A DNA stretch of 64,000 bases from Leucoraja ocellata. Lineage: Eukaryota. Under the pieces are notes generated by a model. It was not told where the DNA came from and searched no databases. It saw only the letters and a list, made by a program, of their open reading frames with translations. A program made the translations under genes and the position numbers. The stretch is taken from positions 2,852,001 to 2,916,000 of the forward strand of contig JAWMAR010000226.1 of the NCBI GenBank assembly GCA_036785375.1, written 5' to 3'. Below are positions 1 through 12,049 of this stretch, in pieces. Numbering within the stretch: the stretch's first letter is position 1; the number at the start of each line of letters is the position of its first letter.

Positions 1-880
1 GTTGCCAGCAATACTGCCCTACTTCAATTTGCCATAATCAATGGGTGTGTGTCATTGCCTTGGGGCTCTAGTCTGGTCTAGAATTCCCTCTTGGTATCCC
101 TGATAGCTTTGCAACGGGTGTAAATAGATTTATTGTAGCACTCAAGGTTGGTTGACTTGGACGCTGTAGTTGATGGATTTCACCTGGGAGAGGACTTCAC
201 CGTTCTTCCATGGTTTCATGGGACTGTTCATGAGAACACTGATAGTGTCTTCTTTGACACACATTCCCATACATTTTTACTGATGAAGTCTGTGATGGCA
301 ATGGCATACACATCCAGGTTAGCCATGGGGTCCTTGAATATGAGTCAGTCCACCAACTCATAGTCACGAAAGATTTCAACTGTTTCCTCAAACCAGCACT
401 GCATAACTTTCTGTACCAGATCCTCCTCTTTGATGGTTTTTAGCAATAGCCAGAGGTGTTTGGTTGTCTGGTTGACAGGAGATGCGTTGATAGTTATTTG
501 GTACCCCACTCTTTTGAGTATGAGCTGATTGGAGTCCCGGTGTATTATGAACAAAGCTTTGGCGTATTTCATTTCAAGGTTATTGGCAACAGTGTGTAGT
601 GCAAGCTTAGCATCAGCTTGGGGTGGGATGTACTGTTGTCACAATAGCTGAACTGAATTCCCACGGCAGGTAGTAGGGATGACATTGCATCATACCATAT
701 TCCAGATCAATGGAACAGGAGCTCGCTGGGACCACCTCGAGACATTATTTAGGAAGCAGACCCCTCCACCCCTATCCATACCCGAGCATGCCATATGGAC
801 CCACCCGGTGTCATGACAAGCACTCGGGTTGGATGGCATTATGATGCCAGGTAGTGCGGGACAAGAAACCCATGGCACGA
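1..880 (-). mobile_element. Degenerate Rex1/Babar-type non-LTR retrotransposon fragment (APE endonuclease and linker region)
   Basis: Minus-strand translations give DRGGGVCFLNN..W (endonuclease motif) and VMQCWFEETVEIFRDYELVD...FKDPMANLDVYAIAITDFISK...KPW, homologous to the Rex1-like piece at 26148-26522. Many stops and frameshifts. Confidence 0.7.
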
Positions 881-1297
881 CCAACACGGAATCCCATAAC
901 ATTGACATCCTGGAGATCACCATTGGCCAGAAGGTTAATTGGACCATTCATTAAACTTGCTGTAGCTTCAAGAACATGTAAGGGTTAGCTTGTTCTGTGG
1001 GGAATGGTTCATCTCCCTATTCTCCAAACTCTTTCTAACACTTACGCAACTAAATTCAAGGGTAAGTGGAATACAATCCATTTGCCTGGTGCATTGCAAT
1101 TCCACCAACTCTTGACTATGTTTGCTAATAAATTCAGAGGAAAACTATATTCTCTGATAGGCTTTTGGCTCACCTTATATATTCATATTTTCCATCACAA
1201 GTGCAGAGTTGCCACAGTAGGTACTATTTACAAATTGTATGGCAACAGTTTACCAAAGCGCCATTCACGGCACCACACTTCTACTGCCTTCAGCCTG

Positions 1298-1529
1298 NNN
1301 NNNNNNNNNNNNNNNNNNNNNNNNNNNNNNNNNNNNNNNNNNNNNNNNNNNNNNNNNNNNNNNNNNNNNNNNNNNNNNNNNNNNNNNNNNNNNNNNNNNN
1401 NNNNNNNNNNNNNNNNNNNNNNNNNNNNNNNNNNNNNNNNNNNNNNNNNNNNNNNNNNNNNNNNNNNNNNNNNNNNNNNNNNNNNNNNNNNNNNNNNNNN
1501 NNNNNNNNNNNNNNNNNNNNNNNNNNNNN
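1298..1529. other. Assembly gap (N run)
   Basis: Continuous n characters. Confidence 1.
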
Positions 1530-1795
1530 CACGCACATATTTTTAGCAGAGGTTAATAGACAGAGATCTGGAGTAGATCGTTCATTCCGATTTCTTCTCT
1601 TACCTCGCAGTTACTTAGATCAATTGCAACAGCAGTCTGCAACGTACAGGAGATCAATTGATCCAGCTTTTAACACATCTGTGTCTAAAGTGCTAACATG
1701 GTCAGGAGGAAGAGGAACTGTTAGGACCTCCTCTGTTCTCTCTCTTTCCCACATTTGCAGTCATGTGCTTGCATACACAAAATCCTGTATATTTA

Positions 1796-2036
1796 GACAC
1801 ACAAAGCTGGAGTAACTCAGCGGGCCAGGCAGCATCTCTGGATAAAGGAATGGGTGACGTCTGAAGAAGGGTCTCGACCCGATAACTCACCCATTCCTTC
1901 CCTCCAGAGATGCTGCCCAAAGATCCCGTAGCGGAGCTCTGCTATAGGATATTTGATGCTGCCTGTCCCGCTAAGGTACTCCAGCCTTTTGTGTCTACCT
2001 TCGGTTTAAACCAGCATCTGCAGTTCCTTCCTGCAC
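1796..2036. mobile_element. Penelope-derived short element, inverted arrangement, with hammerhead-like core at 1861
   Basis: Arm gctggagtaactcagcgg...ggaatgggtgac is followed by ctgaagaagggtctcgacccga and the reverse-complement arm. Flanked by 14-bp direct repeat ATCCTGTATATTTA (1782-1795, 2037-2050). Confidence 0.75.
1918..1955. mobile_element. 38-bp palindromic mini-MITE (P- or hAT-like, 8-bp TSD)
   Basis: CAAAGATCCCGTAGCGGAG|CTCTGCTATAGGATATTTG has 15/19 self-complementary arms and is flanked by ATGCTGCC at 1910-1917 and 1956-1963, interrupting the host repeat. Confidence 0.7.
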
Positions 2037-3276
2037 ATCCTGTATATTTACTTGCACCTCTACACACAGTATAAACATGCATACACTGTTGTCTTTGTTA
2101 ACTCACTATTGTTTCTGAGCAAGCCTTCTGATTCGGTCACGCTGCAAAATGCTTCCTTTATTGTACTGCATTGACAGTTTTCAGAAGAGCAATTAATGCA
2201 GATGTTGTGTAATGAGTGGCAGCACTAGTTTCCAAAATGAGTGCCCTTTTGTTCTACGATACGCAAGGCTTAGGAACAATGTGGTATTCTGTAGAAGGAG
2301 TAAATACACGAAGGAAACTCCAGTGACAAGCTGAGGTCATACATCCTGTTTCAAAACACTTGGAGCATGTTCGGCAATTAAATGTCGGGGGCTCTACCAA
2401 GTAGATTACCCATCCAATTCCTGTTTTAGAAATTGTTTTGATTTAATCAGCATTAAAACTCGGTGCTAATGGAAATATCATAATAATTATTAAGAAAAAA
2501 GGGCACCACAAATAGAGGGATATTTGAGCCACTTATCAAATTGTCATGTTTCTTCACCTAGAAACGAGAGGATAATTTCACAACCTGCATCATTCCAACA
2601 TACGATAAATAGAAGTATCAAGGTGACTATTCTGTACATCTTTCCCTGGTCAATAGTTCAAAATAGAAGGGGTTCTGCTTAACGGATATATTTGATTTTA
2701 TCTTCTACGCATTTACCCAACCATTAAGCCCTTTTAATTATCCCAAAGAAAAACAAAACGAGCAGTCGGCATGAGTTCGATTAGACCTTTCTAGAGGCTG
2801 AACTGAATTTCACATGGAAGGCAATGTCATCTGACACATGTTCGCAGGTGGGTGAGTGGACACAGGAAATACGAGCCTTTCAACCCTGGATGATGCTCAG
2901 CCTGCAGGTTTCTCTGAATAGAAATTGTCATATTTAAAAAAAATCTTTACATCTGTAAAATAATAGGACAAGACGTGTTAAAATAAAAGCAATGGTGCAG
3001 GTTTCTTTTAGCTGTGCACAAGGAAGATGCAAACTTGTACACTAAATATGCAATTATGTAGAAAGAAGACAAAATGTTAAAGTCTAAAATATATTCTCCC
3101 TGCTGTTGTGATGCCTATGTGGAGAGCGAGAGCTGTACAGTGCGGTGTTCGCTGGGATACGGAACCATGTTTGATATTCAGTCACTGCTAGCCTAACTAA
3201 TCTCAGCAGAAGCAACGAGGACGTTGTACAAACTGATTGTGCTTTAGAGATGAAAAAACAGTTATAGTTCCCAGTC

Positions 3277-3455
3277 AGACACAAAATGCTGGAGTGAGGT
3301 CAGGCAGCTCAGAGATTGTTTCATACCTCAAGCTTCCCTCTCCCGTGACCCTCAATGTGAAGAAGGGTCTCGACCCGAAAGGTCACCTGTCCCTTTGAGA
3401 TGCTGTCTGACCCGCTGAACTACTCCCGTAATTTTGTGTCTTTCTTAGGTGTAAA
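3277..3455 (+). mobile_element. Penelope-derived short element with degenerate hammerhead-like core
   Basis: gtgaagaagggtctcgacccgaaaggtcacc...gatgctgtctgacccgctgaactactcc, same family as 22882-22972 and 61466-61592. Confidence 0.65.
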
Positions 3456-3959
3456 GAATTTTCAAAGTGGCAGAATCTTCACATGAAAAATCCATCCATT
3501 TGAAAAAAATTGGGTGAAAGATTGATTTTGACATTTGTCGGAGATGAATGGACATGATTGGCTGATATTAGAGGAAAGTTCCAACAGGCCCAGCTGTCAG
3601 GGGAATATACAAACAGAATCCAGTCTAACATTCAGATTGTAGAAACAGGGAACTGCAGATGCTGGTTTAGGAAAGAAGACTCAAGGTCCTGGAGTAATTC
3701 TGAAGATCAGGCAGCAACTCTGCAGAACATGGATAGGTGATGTTTTAGCCCAGGGCTAAAGAAGATGGGCATGATAAAGCCTGTCAGGTAATAGATGGAA
3801 ACACATGAGGGGGTTGATAGGCAGATAAGAGCCAGAGATGAAAAAGTATGAGACAAAAGGATTGAAGAATTGTGAAATGTGAAACTAGAGGAAGGAATGT
3901 AGGTGGAGGCGAGTATAGGGAATCTATATTTTCAATAATAGGTATATAAAAACATGAGG

Positions 3960-4290
3960 GGAATAAATAGGGTGAATATAAAGAGTTTTTTTTTTACCCA
4001 GGGTGAGGGAATCAAAAACCAGAGGACATAAAATTAAGGTGAAAGGGGCAAGGTTTCACAGGAACAAGCCCAGTTTTAACTCAAAGGGTGGTACATGGAA
4101 CAAGCTGACGAGAATGTTGTTGAGGCAGGAATTATAGCAGAACATAAAATACACTTAAACAGGTACATGTACAGGAAAGGTTTAGAGGGACATGAGTCAA
4201 ACACGGGCAAGCAGGACTGGATAAGGTTTTGTTTGGCAAGGACGTGTTTGACCAAAAGACCTGTTTCTGTACAGTATGCCAATGATTCTA
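3960..4290 (+). mobile_element. CR1/HER1 LINE 3' fragment
   Basis: aaccagaggacat...aaggtgaagggg...tggaacaagctg matches the conserved CR1 ORF2 C-terminus/3' UTR seen in the other copies. Confidence 0.65.
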
Positions 4291-5017
4291 AATGGTGGAA
4301 CAAGCTTGAAGTACCAAGTGGCCTTCTCCTGCTCTTAATGTTCGTGATTTTTTTTAATTTTCAAAATCTAATTTTCAATTAATGTACAAATTTACATATT
4401 GGACAGTTTATATTGTTCCCAATCGAGTCTAGGTGAAGAAACAATTAAAGTATCAAAGAACAAGACTTTTTTTAACGACATAATTAACGTGTTAAATGAA
4501 ATAAAGTAGAACATCTGGGAGATAATTATGTAAGGAATAACGTTGGCAGAAACACGGAAAGGCATTGAAAGCTGATATGCTTTTATTTTTACGTTAAGAG
4601 CATCAGTCAGTTTGGAAACTCCCAGCCCGGAAGTCCCCACCCAGTCTTTGCTGCTCGCAGTTGACAGGGCGAATAATCCATGTCGGTACCGGGCGGCTGA
4701 TCGACGGCGGAGAAAGCCTCTGAATTTGGGCCGTGGCTTCGTATTTCTCCCAGCAATGTGACACTGGCAGACGGAAAGTTATCTGGATTTCGCCCCGGCT
4801 AAATCAAATATATTAAAATTATCAGCTGCTTTTTAAATGTAATTTCAATTATATGTATCCTATATATATTCCCATGCGCTCCCATATTCCCCAAAAAACT
4901 CCCATTGTTTTATGTTTTATGACTGTTAGCAGATCAATGTTCCCTCCTGGGATAAATGAAGTCGCATCGTACTTTATCCGAACGTAATCCGTGTTTATTA
5001 TTTTTAAAACATTTCAG

Positions 5018-5193
5018 TGGCTGAAATTAATCTTATCTCTCTGCTCCAGCCATTGGAAGACGTTTTACGACGTTTATTGGCTAAAAAGTACTTTAATGGC
5101 AAGTTTCTCAACCAATTAAAAGAACTCCGAGGAGTAAAAGGTACTAGGTTTACATTTGCCGGGACTCGAAACAAACGTCCCTTTACTGTAGCG
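5018..5193 (+). other. Candidate 176-nt exon of unknown transcript
   Basis: Acceptor tttaaaacatttcag| and donor GCG|gtgagt. One open frame: (V)AEINLISLLQPLEDVLRRLLAKKYFNGKFLNQLKELRGVKGTRFTFAGTRNKRPFTVA. No family recognised. Confidence 0.2.
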
Positions 5194-6322
5194 GTGAGTG
5201 AGCGGATCTGGTCTGCGGTGAATATGCAGTAACATTGCACCACGCCGATCAATGCAGTCACATGAAATGATCCCTGCTTATCGGGCACTTCATGGGGATA
5301 ACCTTCAGTATCTACAGACACTGGGGGGGGGGGGGGGGGGGTCATGTGGACAAAATGTGCGTGGAAATGTTCAGGAGAAGTTTGCAATTCCTTTCCGCTT
5401 AATCCGCAAATGCGGTGGCCCGACTAAGTCAAGGTTGTACAGTATTGAGCTTTAGGGAGGATCGTTGGTCCGGTGGGTCTTTATCGCACACGCACCGCCC
5501 TTCCAAACAGGATCTTGCAGACGGGCAGAGTCCAGGCGCTACCCGGAGCTGGTTTCTCGATAGCATCTTTCCTTTGCCGCTCAGCTGTGTGAAATCCCGC
5601 GTTCACCGCAGCCTTGGGTTTGAGCGAATGTGGACTGGGTTAATATCCACAACACTGCACTACATTTCATCCCACCAGCAGTTTATTAATCATACTTCAA
5701 GCTTGATTTTTTTTGGTTGATTAATGACCCTAAGTAAGAAGAGAAACGCAGCACAGTCAAATTACTTGTTTTATTTTTTTTATAAACCAGTAAGCAGCGA
5801 TGGAACAAACGCCCGGAGTAAAACGACAGAGCAGCGACTGCAGACGTCCCAGGTTTACTGCTCGTACTCGTAACCCCAGTTGTGAGCGCAGGCATTCCCG
5901 GAATGAAATGTTCATTATAATTCCGTTTTAGCAAGCATTGTTGCATTTCAGCCCATGTTCCAGAGCTGAGATACGAGTGACCAACGCATTAAGCCCCCCC
6001 CCCCCCCCCCCCTATCCTACCCCGGGTCAATGCTGCTTATTACCAATATGGATAGAATTTCAACAGTTGAATCTGGCAGACAACAATGTTCTCCAAACGG
6101 TCCGGGAACTGCTTTATCTTTAGCAAACACATCGTGCATCTTGTTTACATATTAATTCAGGGCGTGAGTCTATAATGTTAACATCTGCAGCAGTGTCACT
6201 CTTAACCCTCTGGGAACTTTGCATGAATATTATCATTGTGGGGTTGGTACACAATATTCCTCCCAGAACAGCCCCCTCTGGTGCGAAGGAGCCGCGGCTC
6301 ACAGCTGAGAGGGTGTGTGTGG

Positions 6323-6357
6323 GCAGCAGTAGCAGCAGCAGCAGCAGCAGCAGCAGC
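6323..6357 (+). repeat. (CAG)n trinucleotide microsatellite with one TAG interruption
   Basis: gcagcagtagcagcagcagcagcagcagcagcagc. Confidence 0.95.
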
Positions 6358-6574
6358 AAACTCTCGGTGGAGTTTTGTACAGTTCTGGCCTCGAACGCCC
6401 CCAAGAGAACAGGACTGCAATGTCACCGGAGGGAGGGGGGAGAGGAGCACTCGGGCCTTGCATCTTCACTTCCACACACTTTCACTTGATGTTTCAGCTA
6501 AAGGATGTTACGACTATTTTATTTTGGCTTTAAATGTTACAAACCCACGCAAGCTGCAAACGGTACAGTACAGG

Positions 6575-7160
6575 GATGGTGTCAGGACACGGGGGCCTGA
6601 ACTACAGGGAGAGGTTAAGCAGGCTACGACTCTATTCCTTTGAGCACAGGAGGATGAGAGGTGATCTTAATGAGGTGTACAACATTATGAGTTATGGAGA
6701 GAAGGCAGGAGAATGGGGTTAGGAGGGAGAGATAGAGCAGCCATGATTGAATGGCGGAGTAGATTTGATGGGCCGAATGGCCTAATTCTACTCCTATCAC
6801 TTATGACCTTATGAGAAGAATGGATTGGGTAGATGCACAGTCTCCTGTCCAGTGTAGGGGAATCAAGAGCCAGAGGACATACATTAGTTTATGGTGAAGG
6901 GAGAATGATTTAATAGGAACCTGAGGGGTAACCCTTTCACACAAAGGATGGTAGGTGTATGAAACGAGCTGCCAGAGGATGTCCTTGAGGCAGGTACAGA
7001 CAACATTTAAACAGGTACATGGATAAAATGGGTTTACAGAGATTTGCGTCAAACGTAGGCAGGTGCGACTAGTGTAGATGGGACCAGTGTGGGCAAGGTG
7101 GGCTGAGAAGCCTGATTCCACGCTATAGGACTCTATATAGACTCTATATGACTCTATGAC
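6575..7160 (+). mobile_element. Two adjacent CR1 3' fragments of different subfamilies
   Basis: LNYRERLSRLRLYSFEHRRMRGDLNEVY (CR1 ORF2 C-terminus). Tails end in cttatgaccttatga (~6812) and (ctatga)n-like repeats (~7160). Confidence 0.75.
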
Positions 7161-7175
7161 CCATACCTCTGAACC

Positions 7176-7310
7176 CAGTCTGAAGAAGGTCTTGAACAGA
7201 AACGTCACCTATTTATGTTCTCCAGAGCTGCTGTCTGTCCCACTGAGTTACTACAGCATTTTTTGTCCTTTTGTGTGTTAACCAGCACCTGCAGTTCTTT
7301 GTTTCTATAT
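7176..7310 (+). mobile_element. Penelope-derived short element with hammerhead-like core
   Basis: cagtctgaagaaggtcttgaacagaaacgtcacc...ccactgagttactacagc...accagcacctgcagttc. Confidence 0.65.
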
Positions 7311-8611
7311 TCTTCAATTCTGTCTCCGAGAGGTTTGCATGTTCTCCCTGTGACCCCGTGGGTTTGCTCCAAATTCTCTGGTGTCCTCCCACTTCTCAAA
7401 AATGTCTGCATTAGAAGTTTAATTTTCTGCAGTAAATTGCATCGAATTGTCGGTCAGTGATAGCATATGCAAAGTACTGAAGGACATGTGCAGAGAATAA
7501 AAGGGAATTAGTGTAGGATTGGCTTTAATGGTAGTTTGGTGGGTGACATGGACTTAGTTCTGTCAAAGGACTTGTTTGCATGCCTTATGATTGAATGACT
7601 TCGATATTTCCCACCTACCATTGATTCAGTCCTGGTTATATCTTGCTGCACCCTGAGACATTTTGTCACCAGATGCCCCATACTACAGGTACATTACAAT
7701 AAAGATGGCACCCCTAGGTTTATGCCTAACATACTAATTTGTCCCCATTCCCCTCCATCTCTGTATCCCCCACTCTCCCAATTCCACAAGGAAGAACAAA
7801 GCCTTTCAATACTGGCAACACTAGGATATCTCCTCAAGATAAATGTTGATCAATGGTGTATCAATTGGTAGGTTAATTAGCCAGTGTTAATTGTATTGAA
7901 CTGGTGGATGATGGTAGAAATTTGCAATTTCAAATATGCCAAGATCATATCAGACCCTGAAATAGTAAGTATTTAATCTACGTTGGCAGCAAGTAAGCCC
8001 TCACATCTAGAAACATAGACACATAGAAATTAGGTGCAGGAGTAGGCCATTCGGCCCGTCGAGCCTGCACCGCCATTCAATATGATCATGGCTGATCATC
8101 CAACTCAGTAACTATTTACTGATCATCCAACTCCATCTATTTCTTGTAGCTCCTGAACTAGAACTGTCAGTATTCAAAGAAGCTCGTATCCAGTTACCTT
8201 TGCTATAGATTACTGGTTATACAGTCTACCCACTCCACCCCAGTTCATATCTCCAATCAATATTTCCCCAATATCCTCTCCCACCTCTACTACAACCCTA
8301 CATTTCCTTTATCCCTCACCAACCAAATGTCTGAATTTCCCCGACAAATGCAGGGGGCTGCACAATGACGATGAGGTACGGTTACTACCTTACAGCACTG
8401 GAGACCTGGGTTCGATCCTGACTACGGGTCCTGTCTGCGCAAACTTTGTATGTTCTCCCTGTGATCTTGTGACCTTTTTAGACGTAGGCTGGCCCCAGAT
8501 ATTCATCTCCATTCTATTTCTGCTGCAATGGCACACAAACCATAAATCTAATGAATGGATCCGCAGCAAACCCAATTCAGTGCAAACTGGGTTCAAGCAA
8601 GATTGTACCAT

Positions 8612-9055
8612 TAGTGTAATACAGCATGGAAACAGGCTTCAGTATGGCTTGCCCATGCCAAACAAGATGTCCCCATCTACTCTAGTCCCACCTGCCCATG
8701 TTTGGCCCATATCCCTCCAAACCTTTCCTATCCTTGTACCTGTTCAAAAGTCTTTTAAATGTTGTTATAGTACTTGCCTCAGCAATATCCTCAGGCAGTT
8801 TGTTCCATATAAAATATGTTGACCTACAGGTTCCTATTAAATTATTATTAAATCTTCCTTTTAAATCTTTCCCTTCTCACATTAAACTTGTTATCTGGTC
8901 CTGATTCCCTTAGTCTGGGTGGAAATACAGTGTAATCACTCTCTCTAACCCCCACATGATTTTATACTCCTCTGTAAGATTACCCCTTCACCCCCTGTGC
9001 ACTGAGGAATAAAGTCCTTACCTGCCCCAACTCTTCTGATAGATCAGGCCTTGTG
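8612..9055 (-). mobile_element. CR1 3' fragment
   Basis: Reverse complement of the CR1 3' UTR/ORF2 end (cagcatggaaacaggc..., cctccaaacctttcctatcc, ttcctattaaat). Confidence 0.65.
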
Positions 9056-9275
9056 TCCTGGCCACATGCATTATGCAAACAATTTGCTCAGTCTTCCAAT
9101 ATTGCATCTCATGTCCAAGAAATTTGCATCAGATTGGAGCTAACCTGCAGAATCAACTGGAAATTGTTAAACCTTCTTTGCTTTTACTTGCATCTATGGA
9201 TATTTATGTCGAGCTCCAAGTCTTCATCAGTTTCTTCATCAGTTTGTTCACTGGTATATGTGAGCAATATATACC

Positions 9276-9276
<1 letters not shown>

Positions 9277-9322
<46 letters not shown>

Positions 9323-9331
9323 AATATATAT
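9277..9331. repeat. (TA)n microsatellite
   Basis: Long ta dinucleotide run. Confidence 0.95.
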
Positions 9332-9779
9332 CATTTAAAGTAGCTCTTTCTTCTCAATAACCCTTTCTGGCCTAATCCTCTCCCTTCACCACCTCCAGTT
9401 TAAATTCCATTTGGAATATTTTGGAGGACCAAGAAACCAAGAACCAAGAATGTATATGGTATATCGTATATCATATATCCTGTATCATATGGTATACCAT
9501 ATAAACCACAAAATAAAGTTTCTCCCCAATGTGTTCACTGTTGCACAAGGTCATCTGCCATAAAGGTTGATGACAACACCCCACAATACATAGACCATCA
9601 TCATATCATAGGAGGTACTCTTCATTGAAGGTGTTGAAATTCACTAAAGTCTTCAGTGGGCCGTAAAACCATTGGCTATCCGGGAAAATTAATGTTCAAG
9701 GAAAAAGGCCTCAATGGTGATATAATGCTTGTGGTCTATTAAGTAACAGTGGTTCTCATCTAGTCTGAATGCTTCAAAG

Positions 9780-10090
9780 CTGAGGAATAGATCAGGTAGA
9801 GTTTCTTGCCCAGAGTAGGTGAATCGAGGACTAGAGGACAAAGGTTTAAGGTGAAGGGGTAAAGATTTAGTATGAATCCGAAAGGTAACACAAAGGGTGG
9901 TGGGTGTATGGAACATGCTGCCAGAGGAGGTAGTTCAGGCAGGGACTATCCCAACATTTAAGAAACAGTTAGACAGGTACATGGATAGGACAGGTTGGAT
10001 ATGGACCAAATGAGGACAGGTGGGACTGGTGTAGCTGGGACATATTGGCTGAAAGGCCTGTTGCCATACTGTATCACTCTATGACTCTAA
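9780..10090 (+). mobile_element. CR1 3' fragment
   Basis: gaggactagaggacaaaggtttaaggtgaagggg...ggaacatgctgccagaggaggtag...ctctatgactcta tail. Confidence 0.7.
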
Positions 10091-12049
10091 TGCCATGGAT
10101 TACCTACAGCACACAAAAAGATCCAACATACAAGCCATAGCTAGATGACTCTGCATGCCGATCCCAGAAGATGATCTGAGAAAACATTACAATTGGTCCA
10201 CTCTTTTAAATCTTTATTTCAACAGCAGCATTTCCTATCCTTAATATGTACACTGTGGATGGATTGATTGTAATCATGTACAGTATTTTCTTTGACGGAT
10301 AGCATGCAACAAAAAGCGTTTCACTGTATGTTGGTACATGTGACAGCATTAAAATAAACTGAATAATGCTAATTCCGCTAAATTCTCCAAATCCCCTGCC
10401 AGGATAAGCCAACAAAATATTGGTGTCCCCTCTGCACCAACCTCTCCAACATCATGGCTCTTATTGAGCTTGGCTCCCCATCCTCCCCACCAAATATCTC
10501 CTGCCCATCTGTGGCAGTGTGTGCAGATCCTACATTGTCTCATTCAGCCATAGAGACATGCAGCATGGAAACAGGCCCTTCAGCCCAACTTGCCCACACC
10601 GACCAACATCCAACATGTCCCATCTATACTCATCCCACCTACCTGCGTTTGGCCCACATCCGTCTAAACCTGTCCAATCCACGCACCTGTCTAAATGTTT
10701 CTTAAATGTTGTAATAGGACCTGTGTCTGAGTCATCTGAGTACCAGTCATCTGACAACGCAGAAAATTTGGGTTGTCGCAAATTGTTCTCGACTGCACTC
10801 GGTTGCCTAAGAGGAACGGGCAGCATAGCACACATCCCAAAACTAAAAACTAGAAATACAGATCAAAGGTTGAACTGCCAATATAATTAATATTAATTTT
10901 AGTTAAAATGGAACTGCTTTTGCAGAATAAAATAAGTGACGATGCCTTTTATTTGAAATAAATTAAATGAAAAAAATGAATTGCAACTATTATTTCCCCC
11001 CCTCCCCCCCCCCCCCCCCCACCCCCCCCACCCCCCCTCCCCCATCCCCCTTTTCCTGTTCTTCCTGAACCACAACTTCTGAATAAAGGGCATCTCTAGT
11101 ATAATGTCAAATGACAATTTTAAATATGTACCTGCATTCATCCTTACTGGTTAGCTGACAGTGCAGGGATCACTGCCAGGCCAGTCACCTTTTCATCTGG
11201 CAGTCGTATGCACTGATATTCCAACAGAGGTGACAGTACGTTGAAATTAGAAACACTGGATGATTCTTTCCATCTTCAGTTAGTTTTGGATAATGAGCCT
11301 AATTTAAGCCTTCAACTGGTTCATCTGAGGCTAATTAACTCGGTATGGACCAGGAACCTGACTTTTAGAAAAGTGGTTCTAATAATGGAAAATAATATTT
11401 TCCCTTCTCCCTGTTTCCGCAGGCCTCCATGCGATAATGTGGTTAGAAGAATGGGTTGACAATGTTGGTTCAAGCCTCTAGCACAGGTGTAGCTGTGAGG
11501 AATTGTGCATAGAAAACTGTGACTCACCTTATGAGTTTCTCTCCTCTTTCCATGAATGAGTCACTTCTAGGTTTGACATTTAATTAAGTGTTTTATTTGG
11601 TGGTGTATTTAAGTTCCCAGTTTCTATACATGAGATGACTTTTCGCAGGCCCCCTTGTACTTTGGTACTTTGCTCTTGTACTCAACTATAGGGTTTGTAT
11701 CTGAGTACATCTAAGTGCGACAATTCACATATAAGTTTGATTTATTTTACTCTCAATCTTGACGGTTAAATTTTGCACTCTTTCATTCACTATGAAGCAA
11801 GGAATTCTGAAGGTAGAACATGTCAGCTGTACAATGACATGCTAAACTGCTGTGCAACTGTAGAAAGGCCAGGTCTGAAGCATCAGTCTGAAGAAGGGTC
11901 CCAATCTGAAACATCACCAATCTATGTTCTCTAGAGATGCTACTTGATCTGCCGAGTTACTTCAGCAATTTGTGTCTTCTTTTATAGAAATGACAGCTTT
12001 AATATCAGAGGAAGCTGGGATAATTAAGAAGAAACCCCACCTGCAAAGT

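Larger units (their letters stand above)
4620..6600. promoter_or_regulatory. CpG-enriched, largely repeat-free block (candidate promoter/enhancer)
   Basis: Visibly more CpG than the flanks. Contains an ETS-like CCGGAAGT (~4628), several CCAAT/ATTGG boxes (5050-5120), CATTCCCGGAATG (5893-5905) and a (CAG)n tract. Confidence 0.35.

Noticed and set aside
1004-1815. Long ORFs in the ORF track around 1.0-1.8 kb (and likewise 46.4-47.2 kb)
   Set aside because: They are open only because they run through N gaps.
6120-6404. Poly-Leu stretch resembling a signal peptide (LLLLLLLLLLLLPTHTLSA) followed by GTGAG
   Set aside because: No ATG in that frame and an in-frame stop just upstream; it is the CTG microsatellite.
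11400-11570. Strong plus-strand acceptor (ccctgtttccgcag) and a minus-strand GTGAGT donor
   Set aside because: All three plus frames stop within ~60 nt and no recognisable peptide results; the TGACTCA/TGAGTCA motifs may simply be AP-1-like sites.
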